The notes beneath the pieces are model-generated. The model searched no databases, was not told where the DNA came from, and was given only the letters and a program-made list of their open reading frames with translations. The position numbers and the translations under genes were made by a program. A stretch of DNA of 32,000 nucleotides from Actinobacteria bacterium HGW-Actinobacteria-1 (GTDB lineage Bacteria > Actinomycetota > Coriobacteriia > Anaerosomatales > Anaerosomataceae): the NCBI GenBank assembly GCA_002841355.1, contig PHFB01000002.1:275414-307413 (forward strand), in the 5' to 3' direction. Shown here in pieces: positions 24,194-32,000 of this stretch (the stretch's first letter is position 1; each line of letters starts with the position of its first letter).

Positions 24194-25753
24194 ATGGGCG
24201 TCCCCATCGACGTCCGACTCATGCTGTATCTTGCGGCGGCGTTGCAGGTGATCGCTGCAGGTGTCGCGCTGCTCATCATCCCCGTCAGTGGGCGCCGTGT
24301 GTCATGGATAATCCTCTGCCTGGCGCTTGGCCTTCAGGCGTGGCGTCGACTGTACGCGGTCGGGTCGAACGCCACAGTCGTCGAAGCGTCTACAGCGCTG
24401 GGAGTCTCGATTCTCCTGCTGGCCGGCGTCATCGGGATACGCGGCGTGTTCGTTTCTCTCAGGCGTGCATCCCGCCAGCTTGAGCGCGAACGCGATCGGA
24501 GCGGCACGTTCCTGAATCGCGTGGGCGCGGCTATCGTCTCACTCGACGTCTCGGGGCGCGTGCTCGACGCGAACGCGGCGACGTGCGAGATTCTCGGACT
24601 GCCTGTCGAGGACGTCATGGGGAAGCCGTGGTTCGACAGCTTCGTATCCGAGGACGCTCGCGAGCAAGTCCACGCCAGCTTCCAGCGACTTGTCGATGAC
24701 CCGGACGGGAGCGACGAGTACGTCGAGTACGGTCTTCGCTCATCCGATGGGGAAGAGCGTCGCGTGGTCTGGCACAGGCGCGTGCTTAGGGATGCCGAAG
24801 GGCGCACGTGCGGCGTGCGCAGCGCGGGAATCGACCTCACCGAGCGCGTTAGGCTGGAGCAGGAGCTGGAGTTCCGGTCGCTGCTCTTGGACCAGACGAC
24901 TGATGCGGTCCTCGTGTATCGCTACGACGGCACCATCGTGTACGCGAACGATACGGCGTGTCGGCATCGAGGCTGTGAGCTTGAAGGCCTGACCGGCATC
25001 AACATGCGGACGCTGATACCGCCTGCGGATCTGGAGACCTTCGATATGCATCTCCAGACGCTGCGTCAGGGGGAGCCGGCCGTCTTCGAGACCGAGGCCG
25101 TCTGCCCGGAGGGGATCCTGAGACCCATCGAAGCGCATCTTGCGCCGGTCAGAGTGGGTGCTACCGAGTATGTCGTCGACGTCTCTCGCGACATCACCGA
25201 GCGGCGGGCGGCGGAATCCACGGTTCGCCGACTTGCGTACTCGGACCACCTGACCGGCCTGCCGAACCGCGCGCTGCTCACCGATCGTGCCGCCATGGCA
25301 TTCGCGCGCGCCCGGCGGCTGGACGAGCAACTCGCCCTCGTCTTTGTGGACTTCGACGACCTCAAGGCCGTGAATGACACGCTCGGTCACGCGGCCGGCG
25401 ATGAGATCATCAAGGTCGTCGGGGAGCGCCTCACTGCGGCCTCACGAGCGGAGGACACGGTGGCCCGCATCGGCGGTGATGAGTTCGTCATCCTTGCGCG
25501 CATCGGCGCTGAAGAGGATGCGGATGAGCTTGCCACTCGGCTTATCGCCGATCTCAGCCAACCCTACGAGGTGTCCGGGCGCCGTGTGCACGCCTCGGCC
25601 AGTGTTGGAGTGGCGATCTACCCCGAGCAGGGCGAGAGCCTTGATACGCTCATGTCGCACGCTGACACGGCGATGTATGCGGCAAAGGGCGAGCGGCCAC
25701 GGACGTTCGGGATCGGGCGTCGCATCAACCGGAACCGCGACTCTGCCGGATGA
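24194..25753 (+). CDS. Membrane-bound PAS/PAS-GGDEF diguanylate cyclase
   Basis: Three N-terminal TM segments are followed by two PAS-like regions. The GGDEF domain reads AYSDHLTGLPNR...LVFVDFDDLKAVNDTLGHAAGD...ARIGGDEFVIL. No EAL domain is present. Confidence 0.9.
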   Translation: MGVPIDVRLMLYLAAALQVIAAGVALLIIPVSGRRVSWIILCLALGLQAWRRLYAVGSNATVVEASTALGVSILLLAGVIGIRGVFVSLRRASRQLERERDRSGTFLNRVGAAIVSLDVSGRVLDANAATCEILGLPVEDVMGKPWFDSFVSEDAREQVHASFQRLVDDPDGSDEYVEYGLRSSDGEERRVVWHRRVLRDAEGRTCGVRSAGIDLTERVRLEQELEFRSLLLDQTTDAVLVYRYDGTIVYANDTACRHRGCELEGLTGINMRTLIPPADLETFDMHLQTLRQGEPAVFETEAVCPEGILRPIEAHLAPVRVGATEYVVDVSRDITERRAAESTVRRLAYSDHLTGLPNRALLTDRAAMAFARARRLDEQLALVFVDFDDLKAVNDTLGHAAGDEIIKVVGERLTAASRAEDTVARIGGDEFVILARIGAEEDADELATRLIADLSQPYEVSGRRVHASASVGVAIYPEQGESLDTLMSHADTAMYAAKGERPRTFGIGRRINRNRDSAG

Positions 25754-25982
25754 TCGCATGATTCGCGCGTCTCGGCACGGCTCTCGCTAGTCCATGCGTA
25801 CGGGTGCATCCCGAGGGCGCGATTCGGCGACCCGCCGATCCGAGGAGGTGATTCAGCGTTGAGTAGAACCAGCATCGCTGCGGAGGTGTCTTCCTCGTAG
25901 GACGGCGTCGTTTCGGGCGAGATGCCCGGATGCAACGCACCACCCGCAAATACGGATGAACGTCGCTGTCCAGCAGCGATGG

Positions 25983-26012
25983 GAGAGGGTCGCCAGCAAT
26001 GGCGGCCCTCTC
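25983..26012. terminator. Hairpin in the convergent spacer, just 3' of the LysR gene
   Basis: GAGAGGGTCGCC-AGCAAT-GGCGGCCCTCTC forms about a 12-bp stem including one G-U pair. It lies 12 nt beyond the LysR stop (26024-26026) and has no U tract. Confidence 0.4.
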
Positions 26013-26023
26013 TGCGTTGTCGG

Positions 26024-26941
26024 CTACTGCGCGAGTCGCGTCGCGACTTCCGTCGCCGCTTCCTCGAGAGCGTCGACCACCGCCGAGACAAGCGGCGCCG
26101 TGCGCGATCCCTTGCGGATGGCGATGAAGATGCGCCGCTTGATCGGGCTCCCGGCCAGTGGCTGCAGCGCGAGCCCCGGGAGGCCGTGGATGTCTGCGAT
26201 CGCGGGCAGCAGCGCAACCCCGAGGCCCGCCGCAACCGCTGACGCCAGCACGCGGAAGTCGTTCGTCTCGAACTCGATGTGCGGCTCGAAACCGGCGGCG
26301 TTGGCAGCGCGGATCACGCAATCGCGACAGAAGGTGGCGTCTCGGCCAACGATCCAGTGCTCGTGGGAGAGGTCCGAGAGGAGCACCGGAGCCCCCGCGA
26401 GCGGGTGGTTCGCCGGCAGCGCGGCATACATCGGCTCGACGAGGACGTCGATGCGCTCCAGGCCCGGGTCCGAGTACGAGGGCATCGTGGTGTACTCGTG
26501 GCTGAGGACGACATCGAGGTCGCCGACCTTGAGCGCGGGCATCGCCTCATGCGGCTCGAGGTCGTTGGCGAGCACGGCAAGGTCGGGGTGCTGGACGCGA
26601 AGCGCCGCGAGCGCGGGCACGAGGATCGCCTGCGCTGCCGAGGGGAATGCCGAGACGCGTACGTCGCCCACGACGCCCTCCGCGAGCGCCTCAAGGTCCG
26701 AGACGGCCGCCTCGCAATCGGCGAGGATTCGCTCGGCATGTGAGACGAGACGCACGCCGGCCTGGGTGAGCCGCACGCTTCGTGGCGTGCGCTCGAGGAG
26801 TCGCTGCCCCACTTCGCGCTCGAGTGACGACATCTGCTGCGACACAGCGGATGGCGTGAGCCAGAGCGCATCAGCTGCGGCCGCGATGCTCCCGCGGGAT
26901 GCGATTTCTCGAAGTGTCTTGAGGTGTGTTGGATTCAGCAT
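26024..26941 (-). CDS. LysR family transcriptional regulator
   Basis: The product starts MLNPTHLKTLREIASRGSIAAAADALWLTPSAVSQQMSSLE and continues with a LysR substrate-binding domain. It is divergent from the EamA transporter gene and is a paralog of the 5003-5938 regulator. Confidence 0.9.
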   Translation of the reverse strand: MLNPTHLKTLREIASRGSIAAAADALWLTPSAVSQQMSSLEREVGQRLLERTPRSVRLTQAGVRLVSHAERILADCEAAVSDLEALAEGVVGDVRVSAFPSAAQAILVPALAALRVQHPDLAVLANDLEPHEAMPALKVGDLDVVLSHEYTTMPSYSDPGLERIDVLVEPMYAALPANHPLAGAPVLLSDLSHEHWIVGRDATFCRDCVIRAANAAGFEPHIEFETNDFRVLASAVAAGLGVALLPAIADIHGLPGLALQPLAGSPIKRRIFIAIRKGSRTAPLVSAVVDALEEAATEVATRLAQ

Positions 26942-27011
26942 AAGGGCACCTTACGCTGAGAAACTCAAAGCGTAAATAGACCTGATGCTCGAAGTGCGTC
27001 AGGATGCGTGC

Positions 27012-27944
27012 ATGGAACATCTCGACAGACAGACACGCATCCGCGCACTCGCCGCGCTCGCAACGGCGGTTGTGATGTGGGCGTCGGCATTCATCGCCAT
27101 TCGCATCGCGGTGCGGTCGTATTCGCCCGTCGATCTCTCGGCGATGCGCATTGGGATAGCTGCGGTGCTTCTGGGAGGCGTCGCGATCGTTCGCGGACTC
27201 AAGATGCCGAGCGCGAAGGATCTCGGCGTGCTGGTGTTCCTCGGCCTCACCGGGCAGGCGCTCTACCAGGTGCTGCTCAATACCGGCGAGCTCTCGGTCG
27301 ATGCGGGGACCGCCAGCCTGCTAATCGCGATCGCGCCGGTCCTCGCCTCGCTCATGGCGGTGCTCTTCCTTGGTGAGCGGCTGACCAGGGCCGGCTGGGT
27401 CGGCACCGGCATCGCGTTCGCGGGGGCGGCGACGATCGCGCTCGGCGGTCACGCCGCGGCGCCGCAGATTGGCCGAGGCACGCTGCTCGTGCTGGGTGCG
27501 ACAGGCGTGTGGGCGCTCTTCCTCGTCGTGCAGAAGACGGTCGCTTCGCGCAACGGCAGCCTGGAACTCACCGCCATCCCGATGGGTGTGGGCGCGCTAG
27601 CGCTAGCGCCGTTCGCCCGCACGCTCCCCGCCAGCATCGCTGCCGCGCCTCTCTCGGCGACGCTTGCGGTGCTCTTTCTCGGCTGCTTCTCCTCGGTCAT
27701 CGGATTCCTGGCGTGGGCGTACGCGATCCAGCGACTCAGAGTGGTGATGGCGCTGAGCGCGCTGTACACCGTGCCGGTCGTGGCGCTCTTCATCGGCTGG
27801 GCCGTGTTGCGCGAGGTGCCGGCTCCGATCGCGCTGCTGGGCGGAGCAATCGCCCTGGGCGGTGTGGTCCTGACGGGGCTGAGAGGGCACCCCGCCGGAG
27901 GAGACAGGGTGCCCATGGAACGCGCCGAAGATGTGCCGGCCTAG
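27012..27944 (+). CDS. EamA/DMT family transporter
   Basis: The protein has about 10 TM segments, with WASAFIAIRIAV and repeated EamA-type halves. The start is taken at ATG 27012. Confidence 0.9.
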   Translation: MEHLDRQTRIRALAALATAVVMWASAFIAIRIAVRSYSPVDLSAMRIGIAAVLLGGVAIVRGLKMPSAKDLGVLVFLGLTGQALYQVLLNTGELSVDAGTASLLIAIAPVLASLMAVLFLGERLTRAGWVGTGIAFAGAATIALGGHAAAPQIGRGTLLVLGATGVWALFLVVQKTVASRNGSLELTAIPMGVGALALAPFARTLPASIAAAPLSATLAVLFLGCFSSVIGFLAWAYAIQRLRVVMALSALYTVPVVALFIGWAVLREVPAPIALLGGAIALGGVVLTGLRGHPAGGDRVPMERAEDVPA

Positions 27945-28297
27945 ATCTCAGAGCCGCTGAGCGGACTCACGCCTCGGCGATGACCTCCTCCGGGGCTTGT
28001 CCCGTCGGTCGCGTGGCAACCGTACGAGCTGCATCCGGTTCGCGGACACGTCTGTAGCTGTGTGCTACCTGTGCCGGTGCCTGTGGATGTTCCAGCCGAG
28101 CCGGACGAGGTCGCATGACAGCTGACTGCTGTGCACCCCGTGCGTGGGCAGGCAAGCGTCGTGCTCGACGTCGTCGACGCTGCGGAGGCGGCGGTGACCG
28201 ACGAGACGTTCACGTTGGATACCACGGCGAACACCGCGATCCCGGTGAGCACCATGGCGAGAAGCACCAGGATCGTGTTCTCCAGCATCCGTGACAT
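27941..28297 (-). CDS. Small membrane-anchored protein with two CPRTGC-x4-CH modules (118 aa)
   Basis: GAGAGGAGAAG precedes ATG 28297. An N-terminal TM anchor (ILVLLAMVLTGIAVFAVV) is followed by S/T/G-rich linkers. The two repeats are CPRTGCTAVSCHAT (28109-28150) and CPRTGCSSYGCHAT (28007-28048). Confidence 0.65.
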   Translation of the reverse strand: MSRMLENTILVLLAMVLTGIAVFAVVSNVNVSSVTAASAASTTSSTTLACPRTGCTAVSCHATSSGSAGTSTGTGTGSTQLQTCPRTGCSSYGCHATDGTSPGGGHRRGVSPLSGSEI

Positions 28298-28310
28298 GTG
28301 CTTCTCCTCT

Positions 28311-28820
28311 CTACTTGTGAGTCTGCGTGTGAGTCGTCCGGACGGGCACAGCGGTGCGTGCGGCGACGTCGGGAGTGACGCGTCGGAGCATGTCGCGAGC
28401 GACACGCAGCACCCAGCGCCAGTGCAGTGCGAAGTGCGCGAGCATGAGCACGACCACTGCGCGGGCGGAGAACGCATGCGCAACGTGCCACGACACGCTC
28501 GGCACGATCGTCACACCAAACGCCGAGGCGATCGCCTGGGACACCATCATGCCGCTCAGCATCACCGTCACGGTTGCCACGAAGAGTGCGATGTCGACGA
28601 CGAGGTTCGCGCGCGACATCGTGCGCATCGTACGCACGAATCGGACGATCGTGTGCACGACCCAGTCCCAGTTGACCGCAAGATGCACCACAGTCGGGAC
28701 GAAGATCGCGAGGCTGAGCCATTCGTGGACCGAGATGCCGGTGGCTGTGGGGAAGAACGCGACAAGTATCGCCACGAAGAGCCCAAGGTCGAGTGCGAGT
28801 CTGGCTTTGTTGGTCAGCAT
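28311..28820 (-). CDS. DUF4405-like His-rich 4-TM membrane protein (possible b-type haem/redox membrane subunit)
   Basis: There are four hydrophobic helices with conserved-looking His/Trp residues (SVHEWLS, VVHLAVNWDWVVH, SWHVAHAF, LAHFALHWRW). The family call comes from pattern memory only. Confidence 0.7.
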   Translation of the reverse strand: MLTNKARLALDLGLFVAILVAFFPTATGISVHEWLSLAIFVPTVVHLAVNWDWVVHTIVRFVRTMRTMSRANLVVDIALFVATVTVMLSGMMVSQAIASAFGVTIVPSVSWHVAHAFSARAVVVLMLAHFALHWRWVLRVARDMLRRVTPDVAARTAVPVRTTHTQTHK

Positions 28821-28829
28821 GGGTGCTGT

Positions 28830-29312
28830 CTACTTCTTCACCAGGATCGCCTGCGCGGTCACGACGTTGTCCGCGCTTGGCTCGGAGAACACCAGGATCG
28901 AGGATCCGGCGGCCATGGTGCCCGCGCCTTCCTCGTACCCGATGACCGTGCTGTCATCGATGTAGATCGTCTGCGAGTTGGTGCCGACCTTGACCGTGAT
29001 GGTGTCGGTCGCAACCTCGATGACGTCGCCGGTCACAAGCCCGCCACCGCCACCGCGCGGGCCGACAGTGCCGCTAGCTGCCTGTGAGCCCATCTGCTCC
29101 TGGAAGTACGCCTGCCGCTCGGTGTCGGTCATAGAGTCGAGCTTGGCACGCTCCTCGTCGGTCATGTTAGCCATGGGGCCGCCCGCGCCACGGGTTCCTC
29201 CGGGACCGATCGCTGTGGTGCTGCTCTTCGCGAAGCACGTTCCGCCGAAGAACGCGGCTCCGATCAGGAGTACGACGACGACTCCGAGGATGATGTTCCT
29301 TTTCACCTGCAT
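28830..29312 (-). CDS. Secreted or membrane-anchored DUF5666-like protein
   Basis: The N-terminal anchor is IILGVVVVLLIGAAFFGGTCFA, followed by a Gly-rich region. The C-terminal beta-rich segment reads VTGDVIEVATDTITVKVGTNSQTIYIDDSTVI...ILVKK. The start is uncertain: GTG 29315, ATG 29312 or GTG 29306. Confidence 0.7.
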   Translation of the reverse strand: MQVKRNIILGVVVVLLIGAAFFGGTCFAKSSTTAIGPGGTRGAGGPMANMTDEERAKLDSMTDTERQAYFQEQMGSQAASGTVGPRGGGGGLVTGDVIEVATDTITVKVGTNSQTIYIDDSTVIGYEEGAGTMAAGSSILVFSEPSADNVVTAQAILVKK

Positions 29313-29357
29313 CACTCCGTTCTTGTCGAGCGACCACGACGGGTCGCGTTTGGGGTC

Positions 29358-30581
29358 TTACTGGTATCTGAGCGCCTCGATCGGGCTCATTGCAGCCGCC
29401 CGACGTGCGGGGTAGTAGCCGAAGACCACGCCGATGACCGCGCAGACACCCACGGCCAGGCCGATGGAGTTGAGCGACACGATTGCCTGCGTACTGAGGA
29501 GGTTCGCCGCGACCGCAGCGATCGCCCATCCCGTGAGGATGCCGATGACGCCGCCGAGCAGTGTGAGCACGATCGACTCGGCAAGGAACTGGGACGAGAT
29601 GACGTTGTCATCCGCTCCGATCGCCTTGCGCAGTCCGATCTCGCGGGTGCGTTCCGTGACGGTGGTGAGCATCATGTTCATGATGCCGATGCCGCCGACG
29701 AGCAGTGAGATGCTGGCGATCGCCGCAAGCAGCGTTGTGAACGTGCCGGTCACGGTCGAGACGGTCTCCAGCATGTCGGCCATGTTCTGGATGCGGAAGT
29801 CAGCGGCCGTGGAGTCGGTTATCCCGTGACGTGCAAGCAGCGTGTCGGTCACAAAGCCTTCGGCGGCATCCATCTGCGTGTCGTCGGAAACGGTGAGCGT
29901 GATTCCGGAGAGCGAATCGCTGCCGCTCACATACCGCTGCTGCGTCGAGAGTGGGATCAGTGCCGAGGAGTCCACGTTCGTCATCCCGGAGGTGCCCTTC
30001 TCGGCGAGTACGCCCACGACGGTGAGGAGCATATTGCCCGAGCGGATCGTCTTGCCGATGGGGTCGATGTCGGTGCCGTACAGGTCCTCGGCCAGCGTGG
30101 CGCCGAGCACGACGACCTGGCCGTATTTCTCGTCATCGCGTGCGGTGATGAACGCGCCGGATGCGACCTCGAGGTTCTTCACGGTCTGGTAGTCGGCGGT
30201 CACGCCGAGGAGCGTGGCGCTTGCGTTGGTCTCACCTGCTACCAGCTGGCCCTGGCCGGAGGACTCAGGTGCCACGCCGCTTATCAGGTCGATCTGGGCG
30301 AGCGCCGCGGCGTCTTCACGCGTTAGTGACTGCACAGCGGAGTCGGACATGCGTACTCCCGGGCCGCCAAAACCGCGAGCCGAGGAGCTCACGCTCAGGA
30401 TGTTGGAGCCGGCGGCCTCGATGCTGCTCTCGATCGAGGCCTGGCTGCCTGTGCCGATCGCCAGCATGGCGATGACGGAGGCGATGCCCACGACGATACC
30501 CAGGATCGTGAGACCGCTGCGCACCTTGTTGGAGGTGAGGGAGTGGAAGGTCTCGGAGATGAGGTCGGCGAATCGCATCAC
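29358..30581 (-). CDS. MacB-like ABC transporter permease (FtsX domain with periplasmic core domain)
   Basis: The N-terminus MRFADLISETFHSLTSNKVRSGLTILGIVVGIASVIAM is family-typical. The C-terminal FtsX block reads TREIGLRKAIGA...YYPARRAAAMSPIEALRYQ. Confidence 0.9.
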   Translation of the reverse strand: MMRFADLISETFHSLTSNKVRSGLTILGIVVGIASVIAMLAIGTGSQASIESSIEAAGSNILSVSSSARGFGGPGVRMSDSAVQSLTREDAAALAQIDLISGVAPESSGQGQLVAGETNASATLLGVTADYQTVKNLEVASGAFITARDDEKYGQVVVLGATLAEDLYGTDIDPIGKTIRSGNMLLTVVGVLAEKGTSGMTNVDSSALIPLSTQQRYVSGSDSLSGITLTVSDDTQMDAAEGFVTDTLLARHGITDSTAADFRIQNMADMLETVSTVTGTFTTLLAAIASISLLVGGIGIMNMMLTTVTERTREIGLRKAIGADDNVISSQFLAESIVLTLLGGVIGILTGWAIAAVAANLLSTQAIVSLNSIGLAVGVCAVIGVVFGYYPARRAAAMSPIEALRYQ

Positions 30582-31318
30582 GCACCACCGTTCCCGTACT
30601 GGCGGATGTTCGCATCGGCGCTTGTCGCGTCACCGGCGATGAGCCCGTCCTGGATGCGGATGACGCGCTTCGCCTGGCTGGCTATGTCAGGCTCGTGCGT
30701 GATGAGCACGATCGTCCGCCCCTCGGCATTGAGTGTCCGGAAGAGGTCCATGACGGCGTCGCCGGTGGCGGTGTCGAGGTTGCCGGTGGGCTCGTCTGCG
30801 AGGATCAGCGACGGGTCGTTCACGAGCGAGCGCGCGATCGCGACCCGCTGCATCTGGCCGCCGGAGAGTTCGTTGGACTTGTGCGTCCAGAGATCCTCGT
30901 CGAGGCCTACCGATCGCAGTGCCGCTGCCGCGCGATCCTCGCGTTCGGACGGATCCACCTGCGTGTACAGCATCGGCATGATCACGTTGCGCATCACACT
31001 CGCGCGGGGGAGCAGGTTGAATGCCTGGAACACGAAGCCGACGGTCTCCCGGCGAACCTCGGCCAGCTCGTGGGCATCGAGTTGCGCGACGTCGCGTCCG
31101 GCGAGCCGGTACGTCCCGGTCGTGGGGACATCGAGGCAGCCGAGGATATGCATGAGCGTCGACTTCCCGGACCCCGACGGCCCCATGATGGCGGTGAACT
31201 CGCCGGCATCGATGGTGAGGGAAACGCCTCGCAGCGCCTGCGTCTCGGCACCTGCGCCGTCGTAGGTCTTGGTGAGGTCGTGCGCTTCGATGACTGCGCT
31301 AGTCACGCGGACCGCCAC
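30578..31318 (-). CDS. MacB-type ABC transporter ATP-binding protein
   Basis: Walker A GPSGSGKST, signature LSGGQMQR, Walker B LILADEPTGNLD and H-loop ITHE are present. The stop overlaps the permease start. The start could be GTG 31318 or GTG 31306. Confidence 0.9.
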   Translation of the reverse strand: MAVRVTSAVIEAHDLTKTYDGAGAETQALRGVSLTIDAGEFTAIMGPSGSGKSTLMHILGCLDVPTTGTYRLAGRDVAQLDAHELAEVRRETVGFVFQAFNLLPRASVMRNVIMPMLYTQVDPSEREDRAAAALRSVGLDEDLWTHKSNELSGGQMQRVAIARSLVNDPSLILADEPTGNLDTATGDAVMDLFRTLNAEGRTIVLITHEPDIASQAKRVIRIQDGLIAGDATSADANIRQYGNGGA

Positions 31319-32000
31319 CCATGCCGCCCATCATGAAACCGCCGCCCGAGCTTGTCGTGCTCGACGTCGCGGAGCTCGATGCGGTGACGACCACGTCGCC
31401 CTCGACGATGCCCGAGAGGATCTGCGTCTGGGTGGCGCTGGCCTCGCCGGTTTCGACGACGACTTTCTGAGGCACGCCGTTCGCGTCAAGCGTCTGCACG
31501 TAGTAGCCGCCGTTACCGTCGGACTTCACTGCGGCGTTGGGGACCAGCAGCGCGTCCTTCACGACGTTCGTGACGATGGTGGCCGATGAGGACATGGCGG
31601 AGCGCAGGCGCTCATCGGCCACGTCGATTGACAGCCACACGTCGAACGTGACAACCCCCGACGAACTCGTCCCGGCGTCCGAGATCTCGTACACCTTGCC
31701 GGTCGCGGTGACGTCGGGGAGCGCGTCGAAGGCGATGTCCGCGCGCTGCCCCACCTTGAGGGAGGGCAGATCGACTTCATTGACGGTGAGATGCACGGCC
31801 AACGGCTGCTTCGGCGCGATCACGATCGGCGCGCTCGAAGAGGTGGACGCCGTGGAGTTCGCGCCCGTCACTCCCGCGTTCGAGCTGCCGCTCGACGTGC
31901 TACCGCTAGAGGTTGCGACGGCGTCGCCCACTTCGATGTTGAGCTCATAGATCACACCGGACGCTGGCGCTTTGACCACGAGATCGCTCTCGGCGCCCTT
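31299..32000 (-). CDS. Efflux transporter periplasmic adaptor (HlyD/MacA-like membrane fusion protein), C-terminal part; 5' end lies outside the window
   Basis: The frame is open to the window edge (KGAESDLVVKAPASGVIYEL...). The sequence is a beta-barrel/MP-domain-like region with a Ser/Thr/Gly-rich tail ending GGMGGGPRD. Confidence 0.8.
   Translation of the reverse strand, partial: KGAESDLVVKAPASGVIYELNIEVGDAVATSSGSTSSGSSNAGVTGANSTASTSSSAPIVIAPKQPLAVHLTVNEVDLPSLKVGQRADIAFDALPDVTATGKVYEISDAGTSSSGVVTFDVWLSIDVADERLRSAMSSSATIVTNVVKDALLVPNAAVKSDGNGGYYVQTLDANGVPQKVVVETGEASATQTQILSGIVEGDVVVTASSSATSSTTSSGGGFMMGGMGGGPRD

Noticed and set aside
25754-26023. 270-nt spacer between convergent cyclase and LysR genes, examined for a small ORF, riboswitch or sRNA
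   Set aside because: I found only short GC hairpins (for example CGAGGAGG...CTTCCTCG and TCGCTG-TCCAG-CAGCGA) and a 13-codon TTG ORF after GAGGAGG. There is no recognisable riboswitch core and no convincing coding signal. Transcript data would be needed to say more.
25956-26975. 339-aa plus-strand ORF
   Set aside because: It is antisense to the clear LysR regulator (26024-26941), and its Ser/Arg/Ala-rich translation has no motifs.
27941-27944. Convergent genes sharing overlapping stop codons (CTAG), and the kinase/LysR pair at 5002/5003 with zero spacing
   Set aside because: This is a real observation, but it is explained by genome compaction. There is no evidence of a functional element.
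28131-29087. 318-aa plus-strand ORF
   Set aside because: It is antisense to three compact minus-strand genes that have RBSs and sensible TM/signal features. Its His/Asp/Arg-rich composition is typical of shadow ORFs.

Overview
This is a GC-rich, gene-dense bacterial chromosomal window; G+C was judged by eye, not computed. I support about 36 protein-coding genes. I saw no rRNA, tRNA, CRISPR array or recognisable mobile element. Strong GGAGG-type ribosome-binding sites, frequent GTG starts and 4-nt start/stop overlaps suggest a high-GC Gram-positive-like anaerobe, but that is inference only. Many long ORFs in the six-frame track are antisense shadow ORFs of the real genes.

Three things stand out.

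(1) Two genes near the left end are cut short in the ORF track by in-frame TGA codons that fall on catalytic or ligand Cys positions, each followed by a stem-loop about 23-24 nt downstream. One is a NifQ-like protein, where the TGA plus downstream codons give U-x4-C-x2-C-x5-C. The other is MsrA, with GUFWG. Both look like selenoproteins.

(2) A minus-strand block at 15660-19719 encodes a TetR regulator abutting a complete hgcA-hgcB mercury-methylation pair. It is followed by a second unit encoding a Cys-rich AbrB/SpoVT-type protein, ArsM and an MBL-fold hydrolase. No mer genes or canonical ars genes are present.

(3) A MacAB-type exporter operon (27941-32000, minus strand) ends with a DUF5666-like secreted protein, a DUF4405-like His-rich membrane protein, and a small membrane-anchored protein with two CPRTGC-x4-CH modules.

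The remaining genes are two LysR regulators, a PAS histidine kinase, a PAS-GGDEF cyclase, a GerM lipoprotein, two more ABC systems, a YhgE/Pip membrane protein, RsgA with an unusual N-terminal extension, MsrB, a flavin reductase, an EamA transporter, and an operon of TIM-barrel, PP-loop-like and ApgM-like genes.

All family assignments rest on motif recognition by eye. No database search or folding calculation was possible.
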